NCBI GenBank assembly: GCA_963422395.1
Contig: OY729431.1
Coordinates: 288,001 to 352,000 of the forward strand
Direction of reading: 5' to 3'
Source: Vicinamibacteria bacterium
Lineage (GTDB): Bacteria > Acidobacteriota > Vicinamibacteria > Marinacidobacterales > Marinacidobacteraceae
DNA length: 64,000 nucleotides
Under the pieces are notes generated by a model, which had not been told where the DNA came from, did not search any database, and saw only the letters and a program-made list of their open reading frames with translations. Position numbers and translations under genes: made by a program. Below are positions 14,692 through 24,271 of this stretch, one piece after another. Each line of letters begins with the position of its first letter. The stretch's first letter is position 1.

Positions 14692-14809
14692 TCCCGGTGA
14701 CCCGAGCGGAGGGGCCACACCCGTTCCCATTCCGAACACGGCAGTAAAGTCCTCCAGCGCCGATGGTACTGCAGTGGAAACGCTGTGGGAGAGTAGGTCG
14801 TCGCCGGGA
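14692..14809 (+). rRNA. rrf: 5S rRNA
   Basis: TCCCGGTG...CACCCGTTCCCATTCCGAACACGG...GATGGTACT...GAGAGTAGGTCGTCGCCGGGA. Confidence 0.96.
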
Positions 14810-14812
14810 CTC

Positions 14813-14843
14813 GCTCCGCCCTTCGTACAATGAGGGGTGGAGT
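14813..14843 (+). terminator. Hairpin immediately after 5S (probable rrn terminator, no U-tract)
   Basis: GCTCCGCCCTTC-gtacaat-GAGGGGTGGAGT, 12-bp stem with G-U pairs. Confidence 0.5.
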
Positions 14844-14849
14844 GTTCCG

Positions 14850-16868
14850 ATGAGATCCAGCCCTCGGCATCCGGTGCCGTCCGTCGGCGCCCAACCCGAA
14901 CCGGATCACCGCCCGGCTGCGGGTTCTCGCATCAGACGACTTCCCGCAGCAGTTCTGTTCGCGCTCGCCGCCACTCCCGCGGGAGCAGCTCCGGGGGAGC
15001 AGGCAGCAGCGCAAGGGCCCGCCCGTTTCGAGGTGGAGGCGCCGCGCGTCGTCCTCGTCGGCGTGCCGTTCGAGCTGGTGGTCCATCCCCGCTCTTCCGC
15101 AGACGAAGAGGCGGCGGCGTATTCCGGCACTCCGCTCCTCGTCGGGGTGGTCCATGAAGGAGTGACTCGCCGCAGCGACGGCGCTTTCGTCTTCTCCGGA
15201 GTCACCGCGCCGGAGACGGGGCGGGTCGAGGTCTCCGTGGGCGACGGAGACATACGCGGATTTACGGCCACCCGGGCCATTCCGGCCTGGCTGTCGATCG
15301 CACCGCCGGTAGTCGCCATCCTGCTCGCCATCGCCTTCCGCCAGGTTGTGATCGCGCTGATCGCAGGCATCTGGGTCGGCAGCACGCTGCTGCTGAATTT
15401 CAATCCATTGGCGGGATTCTTCGAAGTCGCAAGCCGCTTCGTCATCGATGCGGTGACCGATCGCGACCGCGCCCACATCATCGTGTTCAGCCTCATGTTC
15501 GGGGGCCTGGCCGGCATCTTGTCGCGCAGCGGCGGGGCGCGCGGCTTCGCCGAACTCATCACCCGCTTCGCCAAGACGGCGCGTCGCGGGCAGGTCAGCG
15601 CCATGCTCATGGCTCTCATCGTTTTCTTCGACGATTATGCGAATGTGATCATCCGGGGAAACTTGATGCGGCCGATCACCGACGGGCTGCGGGTCTCCCG
15701 GGAAAAATTGGCATTCCTCACCGACACCGGTGCGGCTTCGGTGGCGAGTACGGTCGTCGTCTCGACATGGGTCGGCTACGAGGTAGGCCTCATAGACCAG
15801 GGGCTCACCCTCATCGATTACCCGGAAGACGGATATTCGGTCTTCCTCCGCACCATTCCCTATCGCTTCTATCCGTTCTTCTCGTTCGCGCTGGCGCTGG
15901 CCGTCGGATTCTGGGGCCGGGATTTCGGGCCCATGCGCGCTGCCGAGCGCCGCGCCCGCGAAAGGAACGAACCGCTCCGCCCGGGCTCCGATCCTGCGAC
16001 CGAGGCCCTCGACGAGGATCCCGCAGTAGCCGCCGTTTCTCGCGGCCTTTGGATCTGCGGCCTGATCCCGATCGCCGCCGTGCTCATCGTCGCCGGCGCC
16101 GGGATCTGGTTCACCGGTTCCCAGGCGCTCGCTGCCGCCGGAACGGCCGACTTCGGACTGCACGAAGTGGTAACGAACTCGGACTCCTATGTTTCCCTGC
16201 TCTGGGCGGCTCTCGCCGGTTGCGTAGCCGGCATCGTGCTCTCCGTCGCCCGCCGGACCCTGACCCTGACGAGCGCGATCGGCGCCTGGGTGGCGGGGCT
16301 GAAATCCATGGTGCTCGCGGTGGTGATCCTCGTTCTCGCCTGGAGCATCGGCGATGTGACCGCCGAGCTGCACGCCGCTCGATACCTCGTGCAGGCCTTG
16401 CAGGATGTGCTGAGTCCGACGCTGCTCCCGACGCTGACCTTCATCGTCGCGGGACTGATGGCCTTTGCCACTGGGACCAGCTGGGCGACGATGGCGGTGA
16501 TGATGCCGCTCGTGATCCCACTTTCCCACGCGCTCACCACTGGGGCCGGGCTCGCTCCGGCGGTCTCCGATCCGCTGCTGATGGGCGTGGTGGGGGCCGT
16601 GCTCGCCGGCGCTGTTTTCGGGGACCACTGTTCCCCGATTTCCGACACTACGGTGCTCAGCTCGATGGCCTCGGCCTGCGATCACCTCGACCATGTGAAG
16701 ACCCAGCTTCCCTACGCGCTCGTCGCGGCGGGAATCGCCGTCGTCCTCGGCATCCTTCCGACCAGCTTCGGACTGTCACCCTGGCTCGCTCTGCTCGTCG
16801 GAGTCGCCGGCGCGGTGCTCGTGGTTCGCCTGGCTGGAACCCGTATCGAGGAGGAGAACATCCATTGA
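14850..16868 (+). CDS. Na+/H+ antiporter NhaC family (ArcD/NhaC-like) membrane protein with N-terminal periplasmic extension
   Basis: IVFFDDYAN, VSREKLAFLTDTGAA, STWVGYE, RDFGPM, FATGTSWATM, GAVFGDHCSPISDTTVLSS, HVKTQLPYA; start uncertain. Confidence 0.88.
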   Translation: MRSSPRHPVPSVGAQPEPDHRPAAGSRIRRLPAAVLFALAATPAGAAPGEQAAAQGPARFEVEAPRVVLVGVPFELVVHPRSSADEEAAAYSGTPLLVGVVHEGVTRRSDGAFVFSGVTAPETGRVEVSVGDGDIRGFTATRAIPAWLSIAPPVVAILLAIAFRQVVIALIAGIWVGSTLLLNFNPLAGFFEVASRFVIDAVTDRDRAHIIVFSLMFGGLAGILSRSGGARGFAELITRFAKTARRGQVSAMLMALIVFFDDYANVIIRGNLMRPITDGLRVSREKLAFLTDTGAASVASTVVVSTWVGYEVGLIDQGLTLIDYPEDGYSVFLRTIPYRFYPFFSFALALAVGFWGRDFGPMRAAERRARERNEPLRPGSDPATEALDEDPAVAAVSRGLWICGLIPIAAVLIVAGAGIWFTGSQALAAAGTADFGLHEVVTNSDSYVSLLWAALAGCVAGIVLSVARRTLTLTSAIGAWVAGLKSMVLAVVILVLAWSIGDVTAELHAARYLVQALQDVLSPTLLPTLTFIVAGLMAFATGTSWATMAVMMPLVIPLSHALTTGAGLAPAVSDPLLMGVVGAVLAGAVFGDHCSPISDTTVLSSMASACDHLDHVKTQLPYALVAAGIAVVLGILPTSFGLSPWLALLVGVAGAVLVVRLAGTRIEEENIH

Positions 16869-17863
16869 AGAGCCGACGACTCGGCGCCACCGGCCTCGAG
16901 GTCAGCCGCCTCGCCCTGGGGTGTATGACCTACGGAGACCCGAAGTGGCGCTCCTGGATTCTCGACGAGGCGGCGGCGCGCAGCCACATCCGCCGAGCGC
17001 TCGATCTGGGCATCAACTTTTTCGATACCGCCGACATGTATTCGCGCGGGGTCAGTGAGGAAATCACCGGCAGACTGCTCCGGGAGATGGCGGCCCGGGA
17101 AGACATCGTGCTCGCCACCAAGGTGTTCTTTCCGCTGCGGGAGGGGCCGAATCGCAGAGGTCTCTCGAAGAAGCACATCCTGGCTGCCTGCGACGATTCG
17201 CTCCGTCGTCTGGGCCTCGACTACATAGACCTCTACCAGATTCACCGTTTCGATCCCGAAACTCCGATCGAGGAGACGATCGCAGCCCTCGATTCCCTGG
17301 TGACCGCGGGCAAGGTGCGCTATCTGGGAGCAAGCAGCATGGCTGCCTGGCAATTCGCACAGATGCTCCATACCGCCGACGCCATGGAAGCCGCCCGGTT
17401 CGTTTCGATGCAGAATCACCTGAACCTCGTGTATCGCGAGGAGGAACGGGAAATGGTGCCGCTCTGCCTCGAAGAGGGTGTCGGAATGATCCCGTGGAGC
17501 CCGCTGGCGCGCGGGTTCCTCGCCGGAAACCGAACCCGCGCCCGTCGGGATCCCACCCCCCGCGCGAAGGACGATCCTTACGCCGAGCGGCTGTATTTCG
17601 AGGAAGCCGATTACCGAGTACTGGACACGCTTCTCGAGGTCTCGCAGCAACTGGGAGAAGAGCCGGCGAAAGTGGCGCTGGCCTGGCTCCTGTCGGTGCC
17701 CGGAGTGGATTCGGCCATCGTGGGGGCGACGCGGATCGAACAGCTCGAGGAACTCAGTGAGGCAGTGGACCTGATCCTCGATGCGGAGACGATCGCAGCG
17801 CTCGAGGCGCCCTATGTCCCCCACCCGGTGCTGGGCCACGAGCAGCCGACGCCGCGGGGCTGA
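16865..17863 (+). CDS. Aldo/keto reductase
   Basis: TTG start overlapping the upstream TGA, GAGGAG RBS; VSRLALGCM, GINFFDTADMY, ATKV, DYIDLYQIHR, GKVRYLGAS, IPWSPLARG. Confidence 0.92.
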   Translation: MKSRRLGATGLEVSRLALGCMTYGDPKWRSWILDEAAARSHIRRALDLGINFFDTADMYSRGVSEEITGRLLREMAAREDIVLATKVFFPLREGPNRRGLSKKHILAACDDSLRRLGLDYIDLYQIHRFDPETPIEETIAALDSLVTAGKVRYLGASSMAAWQFAQMLHTADAMEAARFVSMQNHLNLVYREEEREMVPLCLEEGVGMIPWSPLARGFLAGNRTRARRDPTPRAKDDPYAERLYFEEADYRVLDTLLEVSQQLGEEPAKVALAWLLSVPGVDSAIVGATRIEQLEELSEAVDLILDAETIAALEAPYVPHPVLGHEQPTPRG

Positions 17864-19553
17864 GCGCTCTGCCGTCATCCTGGGCGCCGGGGTATTCGTC
17901 TCCCTGTTGTCCACTGCAGGGAGTTCCCCCGCTTCGGCCGGGCAGGAATACCGAGACATCGCGAAGGCGGCCGGCCTCGCCGTCGTCACCGGAACCGGCG
18001 GGCCGATCAAGAACCACATCGCCGAATCCACCGGGACCGGGGTCGCGGTCCTCGACTACGACCAGGACGGCTTGCCCGATCTCTATTTCCCGAACGCCCC
18101 CTCGTGGGGTGACCCGCAAGGCCCCTGGCGCTCCCGGTCCGGAGCGCTCTACCGAAACGAAGGCGGCCGCAGTTTCACCGAAGTGACCGAGGCGGCCGGG
18201 GTATCGACCGCGGCGTACGGGCAGGGCGCGGCGAGCGCCGACTTCGACGCCGACGGTTTCCCGGATCTCTATGTGACGGCGCTGGGACCCAACCTGCTGT
18301 TCCGAAACAACGGAGACGGCACCTTCTCCGAAATCGCCGCCGCCGCCGGAGTCGCCGACCCCGGCTGGAGCATCGGCGCTGCCTTCTTCGACGCCGATCG
18401 GAACGGGACCGTCGACCTCTTCGTCGCCAATTACCTCGAGGCCAGCGAAGCGAACATTCGGGCTGGTGAGCGCACCCGGCGCTGGCGCGGCCGAGTCCTG
18501 GTGCTCGACGGGCCGCGGGGGTTCTCCCCGGAACCGAACCGGCTCTTCTATGGCCGAGGTGACGGGACCTTCGAGGATGTTTCGGAGAGCGCCGGGATCA
18601 CCGGACTGCCGCCGCGTTTTTCGATGGGAGTCGTCGGCCTCGATTTCGACGACGACGGCGACACGGATATCTTCGTGGCGAACGACAGCGGTCCGAACGC
18701 TCTACTCCAGAACGACGCGGGAGTCTTCTCCGACGCCGGGCTCCTCACCGGCGCCGCGTTGAGCGCCGATGGCGCGACCCAGGGAAGCATGGGCGTGGCC
18801 GCTGCCGATGCCGATGGGGATGGCTTGCACGAGCTGGTGGTGACCAACTTCGCCCACGACCATTATGCCTTCTATCGGGGCATCACCCCGGAACTCTTCT
18901 TCGACGACGCCATCGGGATCGGCCTCGCGACCCCCACTTTCGTTCCGCTCGGCTGGGGCGCGTTGTTCTTCGACGCCGAAAACGACGGACGCCTCGACAT
19001 CGCCTTCGCAAACGGCCACCTCTATCCCCAGGTCGAGGACGACCCCTCGCTCGGGGAGACCTACGCCCAGCCGGACCAGTTGTTCCTCCGTGTCGGAACC
19101 CGCTACCACCCCGTGGACCTCGGGCCGCCGGTACGCTCGTCGCGGGGCATGGCGCTCCTGGACCTCGAGGGAGATGGCGCCTGGGAAATCGTGGCTTCTA
19201 GCCAGGACGCCCCACCGGTACTCTGGCGCCGCGCCGACCCCTCTCGGAATTCCTGGATCCGGTTTCGGTTGGCGGACCCTTCGGGGGAGCGTGACGGTCT
19301 CGGTGCTCGGATCACTGTGACTCTCTCCGGCGCCCGGCGCTCCGAGTGGCTTCGCTCGGGCGGCAGCTACGCCTCCGACAGCGAGCGCGTGATCCACTTC
19401 GGGCTCGGCCCTCGCACGGAACCGGACACCGCTTCGGTTCCGGTCGAGATCCGCTGGCCGGACGGCGCCATCGAGACCCGCCCGGCGATGGCCGCCGGCG
19501 CCGTCTGGCTGCTCCGGCGCGGTGTCCCCGGTATTCGGCTCCCGCGGCCATGA
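17814..19553 (+). CDS. CRTAC1/FG-GAP(VCBS)-repeat protein with C-terminal ASPIC/UnbV domain
   Basis: Repeated DxDxDG motifs (DYDQDGLPDLY, DFDADGFPDLY, DFDDDGDTDIF, DAENDGRLDI); C-terminal GARITV...SGGSYASDSERVIHFGLG...EIRWPDG; start uncertain. Confidence 0.88.
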   Translation: MSPTRCWATSSRRRGAERSAVILGAGVFVSLLSTAGSSPASAGQEYRDIAKAAGLAVVTGTGGPIKNHIAESTGTGVAVLDYDQDGLPDLYFPNAPSWGDPQGPWRSRSGALYRNEGGRSFTEVTEAAGVSTAAYGQGAASADFDADGFPDLYVTALGPNLLFRNNGDGTFSEIAAAAGVADPGWSIGAAFFDADRNGTVDLFVANYLEASEANIRAGERTRRWRGRVLVLDGPRGFSPEPNRLFYGRGDGTFEDVSESAGITGLPPRFSMGVVGLDFDDDGDTDIFVANDSGPNALLQNDAGVFSDAGLLTGAALSADGATQGSMGVAAADADGDGLHELVVTNFAHDHYAFYRGITPELFFDDAIGIGLATPTFVPLGWGALFFDAENDGRLDIAFANGHLYPQVEDDPSLGETYAQPDQLFLRVGTRYHPVDLGPPVRSSRGMALLDLEGDGAWEIVASSQDAPPVLWRRADPSRNSWIRFRLADPSGERDGLGARITVTLSGARRSEWLRSGGSYASDSERVIHFGLGPRTEPDTASVPVEIRWPDGAIETRPAMAAGAVWLLRRGVPGIRLPRP

Positions 19554-21121
19554 GCCGACGGCATCCGGTACCGGGTTTGCCGCCGACTCTGCCTTTCGCG
19601 CTCCTGCTGCTGATCGTTCCCGACGCGCTGGCGGCGCCGCTGACGCGGCAAGGGTCTGCACCGGAGAACGATTTTCGTCCCCGGATGGAGCGGGCGCTCG
19701 CTCTCCTCTCCGAAGGCCAGCTGGAACGGGCGATTCCGCTGCTCGTCTCCATCGTGGACGACGCGCCCCACCACGGTCCGGCCCGCCTGCAGCTCGGCGC
19801 GTTGGCAGTCCGGCGGGCCGAGTGGGAGATCGCGGCCGAACACCTGCGGGTGGCGGTGACGACAGGAGGGCCCGAAGCGCCGGCTGGTGCGGTTCCGGTG
19901 CAGCGTCCCGGGCTCGCTTGGTCTCTGCTCGCGAATGCACTGGGGCAGACCGGGGCCTTGGAAGAAGCGCTCGACGCAACTTCCCGCTCTCTCCGATTCT
20001 CCCCTGATTTCGTCCCCGCTCTCCTCGCCCGGTCCGGTTTCGCGCGCCGTCTCGCGAGCGAAACGGCCGAATCCGATCCCGCCCGGGCGGACCGATTGGA
20101 AACCGCTCTCGAAGCGGCTCATCGGGCCCGGGACCTCCTTCCCGATCGCCCGCGCCCCTGGACCTCGCTCGCGCTCGCGGCTCATGAGGCGCAGATCTCC
20201 GAACTCGCCGTCTGTTCCGCCCGGAAGGCGGCAGACCTCGCAACCGACGATCCCGGCGCCTCGTTCCTGCTCGCCCGGATCGCGGCGGAGTCCGATCCCG
20301 AGGCAGCTCTGGTAGCTGCTGAGGCTGCTCTCGCGGCTGGCCTCCGGGACGAGCCTGCGCTCTGGATGATCCTCGGCCGGCTCCGCATCTTCCGGTCGGA
20401 CCTGGACGGTTCGCTCGCGGCCTACGCCGAGGCCCTCCGCCTCGACCCGGGGGTCGTCGGCGAGATGGAGAGTTTCGCGCTCGACGCGATCGCCGCCGGC
20501 GAAAATCCGGAGTTGCTCGCACTCCTCAGAGAGCGGGCGTCGAGCCATCCGGAAGCGCTGAACGCCCGTTTCGCCCTCGCCAGGGCCGACCTTCGCGCCG
20601 GCCGTACGGGCTCCGCTCTTGCCGAGCTTCGCCGGTTGTCCGCCGAGCGGGCGGACCACGCCGCCATCCTGACCGCACTCCATGCGGCGTTGCGCCAGAC
20701 CGGTGATCGGACTGTTGCGGAGGTTGCGCTGGCCCGCCTCGCTTCGGTCAAGGAGGCGCAGGAGGCCTCCTGGGAGCGCGCGAACGCGGCGGAGCGGGCG
20801 CGCCGCGAAGCGGCGGCCGTTGCAGCCCGCGGCGACTTCGCCGGAGCCGCGCGCCGCTGGGAAGCACTCGCTGCCGCTTCGGGAACGGCTTCCGACCTGA
20901 CGGAGCTGGGCCACGCGCTCAGGGCCCTCGGCCGCCACCAGGACGCCCTCGCGGCGTTCCGCCGCTCGCTGGCGGCGCGACCCTTCGATCCGGCCGCCCT
21001 TTCGGCGGCGGCGGACTCCGCCCGTCGTGCCAGCGAACCGGAGGAGGCCGGACACTACGCTGCGCGCGCCCGTCTCGCCGCCGACTGCGGCCGATTCACG
21101 GGCTCGGGCATGGTGCGCTGA
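19550..21121 (+). CDS. Exported tetratricopeptide-repeat protein
   Basis: ATGA overlap; hydrophobic signal (FALLLLIVPDALA); TPR-like repeats (ALWMILGRLRIFRSDLDGSLAAYAEALRLDP; LGHALRALGRHQDALAAFRRSLAARP). Confidence 0.8.
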   Translation: MSRRHPVPGLPPTLPFALLLLIVPDALAAPLTRQGSAPENDFRPRMERALALLSEGQLERAIPLLVSIVDDAPHHGPARLQLGALAVRRAEWEIAAEHLRVAVTTGGPEAPAGAVPVQRPGLAWSLLANALGQTGALEEALDATSRSLRFSPDFVPALLARSGFARRLASETAESDPARADRLETALEAAHRARDLLPDRPRPWTSLALAAHEAQISELAVCSARKAADLATDDPGASFLLARIAAESDPEAALVAAEAALAAGLRDEPALWMILGRLRIFRSDLDGSLAAYAEALRLDPGVVGEMESFALDAIAAGENPELLALLRERASSHPEALNARFALARADLRAGRTGSALAELRRLSAERADHAAILTALHAALRQTGDRTVAEVALARLASVKEAQEASWERANAAERARREAAAVAARGDFAGAARRWEALAAASGTASDLTELGHALRALGRHQDALAAFRRSLAARPFDPAALSAAADSARRASEPEEAGHYAARARLAADCGRFTGSGMVR

Positions 21122-21274
21122 TTGCTAGCCGAGTGGGCTTTCGCCTGCCCGATTCGGCGCACCGGCTCCAAGGCCCTTAGAATTGCAAAGTTCTATCCAC
21201 TCCATCCGACTTCAACATCCAGCGATCCACATTCCGGGCATCCGAAATCCCGGATCTTCGCAAGGAGACGCTCC

Positions 21275-24124
21275 ATGATCCATCGTTCCAGTTTTCTCCG
21301 ACGGGCGTTTCCACTGCTCGGGGTTCTGATCCTCGGGCTGGTGCTCCCGGCAACCGCCGCCGCTCAGGACAACGGCCTCATCCGCGGCACCGTGACCGAC
21401 GACACCGGCGCAGTGGTCCCCGGAGCCACCGCGACCCTGTTGAGCGAGGCGGTCATCGGCGGCTCCCGCTCTTCGGTCACGAACGACTCCGGGGTGTTCC
21501 GTTTCCCAGCTCTCCCTCCAGGCGAATACGCCGTCGAAGTCTCCCTCGCCGGCTTCGACACCGTGCGGTTCGAAGGGGTGCGGGTCGGCCTGAACACCAC
21601 CGCGACGCTCAACGCCGCCTTGCGGCTATCGACGGTTACCGAGATCGTGCAGGTAGTGGCCGAGGCCCCGCTCCTCGATGTGAGCTCGAACGCCTCGATC
21701 ACCACCTTCAGCTCCGAGCTGGTCGAGGAGCTCCCCACCGAGCGCAACTTCTACGACTACATCCACATCGCTCCGGGGATGAGCCAGATGAACAGCGGCG
21801 GCGGCGGCGACCGCACCATCGCCTTCGGCTCGAACCAGCAGTCGAATTCCTGGAACATCGACGGCATCGAATCCAGTGCCCCGGAGACCGGCTCTTCCTG
21901 GTGGGACCCGAATGTGGATGCCATCGAGGAGGTCGAGATCATCGGGATCGGTGCGCCCGCCGAGTTCGGGAACTCCACCGGGGGCACTTTCAACATCGTC
22001 ACCAAGAAGGGTGGGGACACCTTCAGCGGCGCCGGGAGTTACTTCTATCAGCACGACGCCATCACCTGGCCCGAGATCTTCGCCGACTCCGGCACCGGGG
22101 AGCCGGTGGCGGCGGGATCGCCGGGCGCCTTCGCCTTCGAGCGCGACAACTACCAGGACATCACCGCGACTCTGGGCGGCCCGGTGGTGCGGGAGCGAGT
22201 CTGGTTCATGGCGAGCGGGCAGTACTCGCGCGACAGCTCTTGGGAAGCCGGCAACGACCCGGCGGCGGCCACCGCCGATCGGAGCGAAAACGACAAGATC
22301 GGGATCAAGCTGACCGCGAAGCTCACGGACCGGCATGAGGTCTTCGTGAACACCCAGTTCGAAGACTGGGCCGGAATCGGCGGCAGTTCCCCGAATGTAG
22401 CGGCATCGGCGGCTTCCGTGGAGCGGGGTCAGAACCTCGCCGGGGTCGTCGGGCTCACGAGCACTCTTTCCGACAACACTCTCTTCGAGGCGCGCTACGC
22501 CGGCTGGAGGGCGAGCGATATCCACGACTCTCCGACCGGGAGCTTCGACTTGCCGTTCCGCAACGAAGATGCGAAACCGACGACCACCTACGAGGGCGGC
22601 ATCATCTATCCGTGGGACTACCGGACCTGGAGCAACCAATTCAACGCCAAGGTGACCCACTACGCCGACGATTTCCTGGGCGCTCAGCACGAGTTCCGCT
22701 TCGGCGTCCAGATCGCCCAGGGAGTCGCCGAGACTGCCGTCGCGGCGGGGCCCAACAGCACCTACCAGTACCAATCGGGCGGCGTGCTCTATCAGGTGGT
22801 CCAGGAGCCCTACCGTTACGGCGGCATCTCCCGCGACAACGGCATCTTCCTGGACGACACGGTCACGGTGAACGACCGCCTCACGCTGAACCTCGGCGTT
22901 CGAGTGGATCTGAACCGGGGAGAGATTCCGGCGTATGAACTGCTCGGGGTCCCCGAAGCGGGCCAGGAGAGCGATTTCACCGCGATCAACGCCGTCCCGA
23001 TCGAGGGGAATGCTCCCAGTGATCCGGACATCGTGGAATGGAACCTGGTGAGTCCTCGCATCGGCTTCACTTTCCGGCCGGACGACGAGGGACGCTCGGC
23101 CATCAAGGGCTTCTTCGGGATCCACTACGACCAGAATGTGATCGGGAACTGGGACGCTCCGGCGCCTGGGGTGACCCCCTGGGAGCTCTACGAGGTGAAC
23201 GACGACGGTTCGATCGGGGAGCTCCTGTTCGCGACCACGGTCGAGGAACTGGCGCAGCCCGAAAACCTGCTGGCGCCCCGTTCGTATCACTACACTGCGG
23301 CTTACGAGCGCGAAATCGGCGCCACCATGTCCGTGGGCATCCAGTATGTCCACAAGTACACCGACCGGATGATCGGCTGGTCCATCCTCGGCGGGCAGTA
23401 CGAGACGACCCCATGGGCCGATCCGTACAACGGGAATTCGGTTGCGCTGTTGAACCAGATCGTCCAGCCCACCCTGGTCAAGGGGAACACTCCCGGCGAC
23501 TTCCCCGGTGCACCGGAGAAGTTCGAGCAGACCTACGATGGAGTGATCTTCACTTTCGCCGCCCGCGACGCCGGGCTCTGGAACATCCAGGGGTCCTACA
23601 CCTATTCGAGGTCGGAAGGGCTGATTCCGCGTCCTTGGTACCAGTCGCAGAACAACCCGTTCTACGGAAGCAGCCAGGGGCGAGATCCGAATTCCTACCT
23701 GAACGCCTACCAGCGGCTCCAGGGAGATCGGCCGCACATGTTCCGCATGCAGGGAGTGCTGTTCCTGCCCTGGGACTTCCTGGTCGCGGTGAACGCGAAC
23801 CTGGAGAGCGGCAAGCCTTTCTCCCGACAGGTGCGGGCCGCCGGCGTAACCGAACAGCCGGCCCAGAACTTCATCGTCGAGCCGGCGGGCTCACGCGACG
23901 GCCTGCGGCAGCCATTCTTGAACATCATCGACCTGCGCGTCGGCAAGCGGGTGCATATCGGCGATGTGATGCTGAAACTCGACGCCTACCTCTACAACGC
24001 GCTGAACAGCACTGCGAGCATCTGGATGTCCAGTCTCCGACTCGAAGACCCGGGCGAACAGTTCATTCCCTCGAGTTGGGTGGAGCCCCGCCGGCTGATG
24101 CTCCTCGCCGGCTTCGTTTTCTGA
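21275..24124 (+). CDS. TonB-dependent receptor (Oar-like) with carboxypeptidase regulatory-like domain
   Basis: AAGGAG RBS, signal peptide; GLIRGTVTDDTGAVVPGATATL, LPPGEYAVEVSLAGF, PAEFGNSTGG, FLDDTVTVNDRLTLNLGVRVD, C-terminal Phe. Confidence 0.9.
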   Translation: MIHRSSFLRRAFPLLGVLILGLVLPATAAAQDNGLIRGTVTDDTGAVVPGATATLLSEAVIGGSRSSVTNDSGVFRFPALPPGEYAVEVSLAGFDTVRFEGVRVGLNTTATLNAALRLSTVTEIVQVVAEAPLLDVSSNASITTFSSELVEELPTERNFYDYIHIAPGMSQMNSGGGGDRTIAFGSNQQSNSWNIDGIESSAPETGSSWWDPNVDAIEEVEIIGIGAPAEFGNSTGGTFNIVTKKGGDTFSGAGSYFYQHDAITWPEIFADSGTGEPVAAGSPGAFAFERDNYQDITATLGGPVVRERVWFMASGQYSRDSSWEAGNDPAAATADRSENDKIGIKLTAKLTDRHEVFVNTQFEDWAGIGGSSPNVAASAASVERGQNLAGVVGLTSTLSDNTLFEARYAGWRASDIHDSPTGSFDLPFRNEDAKPTTTYEGGIIYPWDYRTWSNQFNAKVTHYADDFLGAQHEFRFGVQIAQGVAETAVAAGPNSTYQYQSGGVLYQVVQEPYRYGGISRDNGIFLDDTVTVNDRLTLNLGVRVDLNRGEIPAYELLGVPEAGQESDFTAINAVPIEGNAPSDPDIVEWNLVSPRIGFTFRPDDEGRSAIKGFFGIHYDQNVIGNWDAPAPGVTPWELYEVNDDGSIGELLFATTVEELAQPENLLAPRSYHYTAAYEREIGATMSVGIQYVHKYTDRMIGWSILGGQYETTPWADPYNGNSVALLNQIVQPTLVKGNTPGDFPGAPEKFEQTYDGVIFTFAARDAGLWNIQGSYTYSRSEGLIPRPWYQSQNNPFYGSSQGRDPNSYLNAYQRLQGDRPHMFRMQGVLFLPWDFLVAVNANLESGKPFSRQVRAAGVTEQPAQNFIVEPAGSRDGLRQPFLNIIDLRVGKRVHIGDVMLKLDAYLYNALNSTASIWMSSLRLEDPGEQFIPSSWVEPRRLMLLAGFVF

Positions 24125-24152
24125 TCGGCTGCCCTCCCGACTCGCCCTTGCG

Positions 24153-24179
24153 GCGGTGCGGTTCTTCGGGCCGCGCCGC
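24153..24179 (+). terminator. GC-rich hairpin with cUUCGg tetraloop after the receptor gene
   Basis: GCGGTGCGGTTC-TTCG-GGCCGCGCCGC. Confidence 0.45.
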
Positions 24180-24271
24180 TTGGGGGGTCCACGCTCGTCG
24201 CCGTCCCGAAATCGGGCTCCGCTCTGTCCGGCTGCCCCGCCGGATCTTCACCCCAGGGGGGAACAGCTGAA

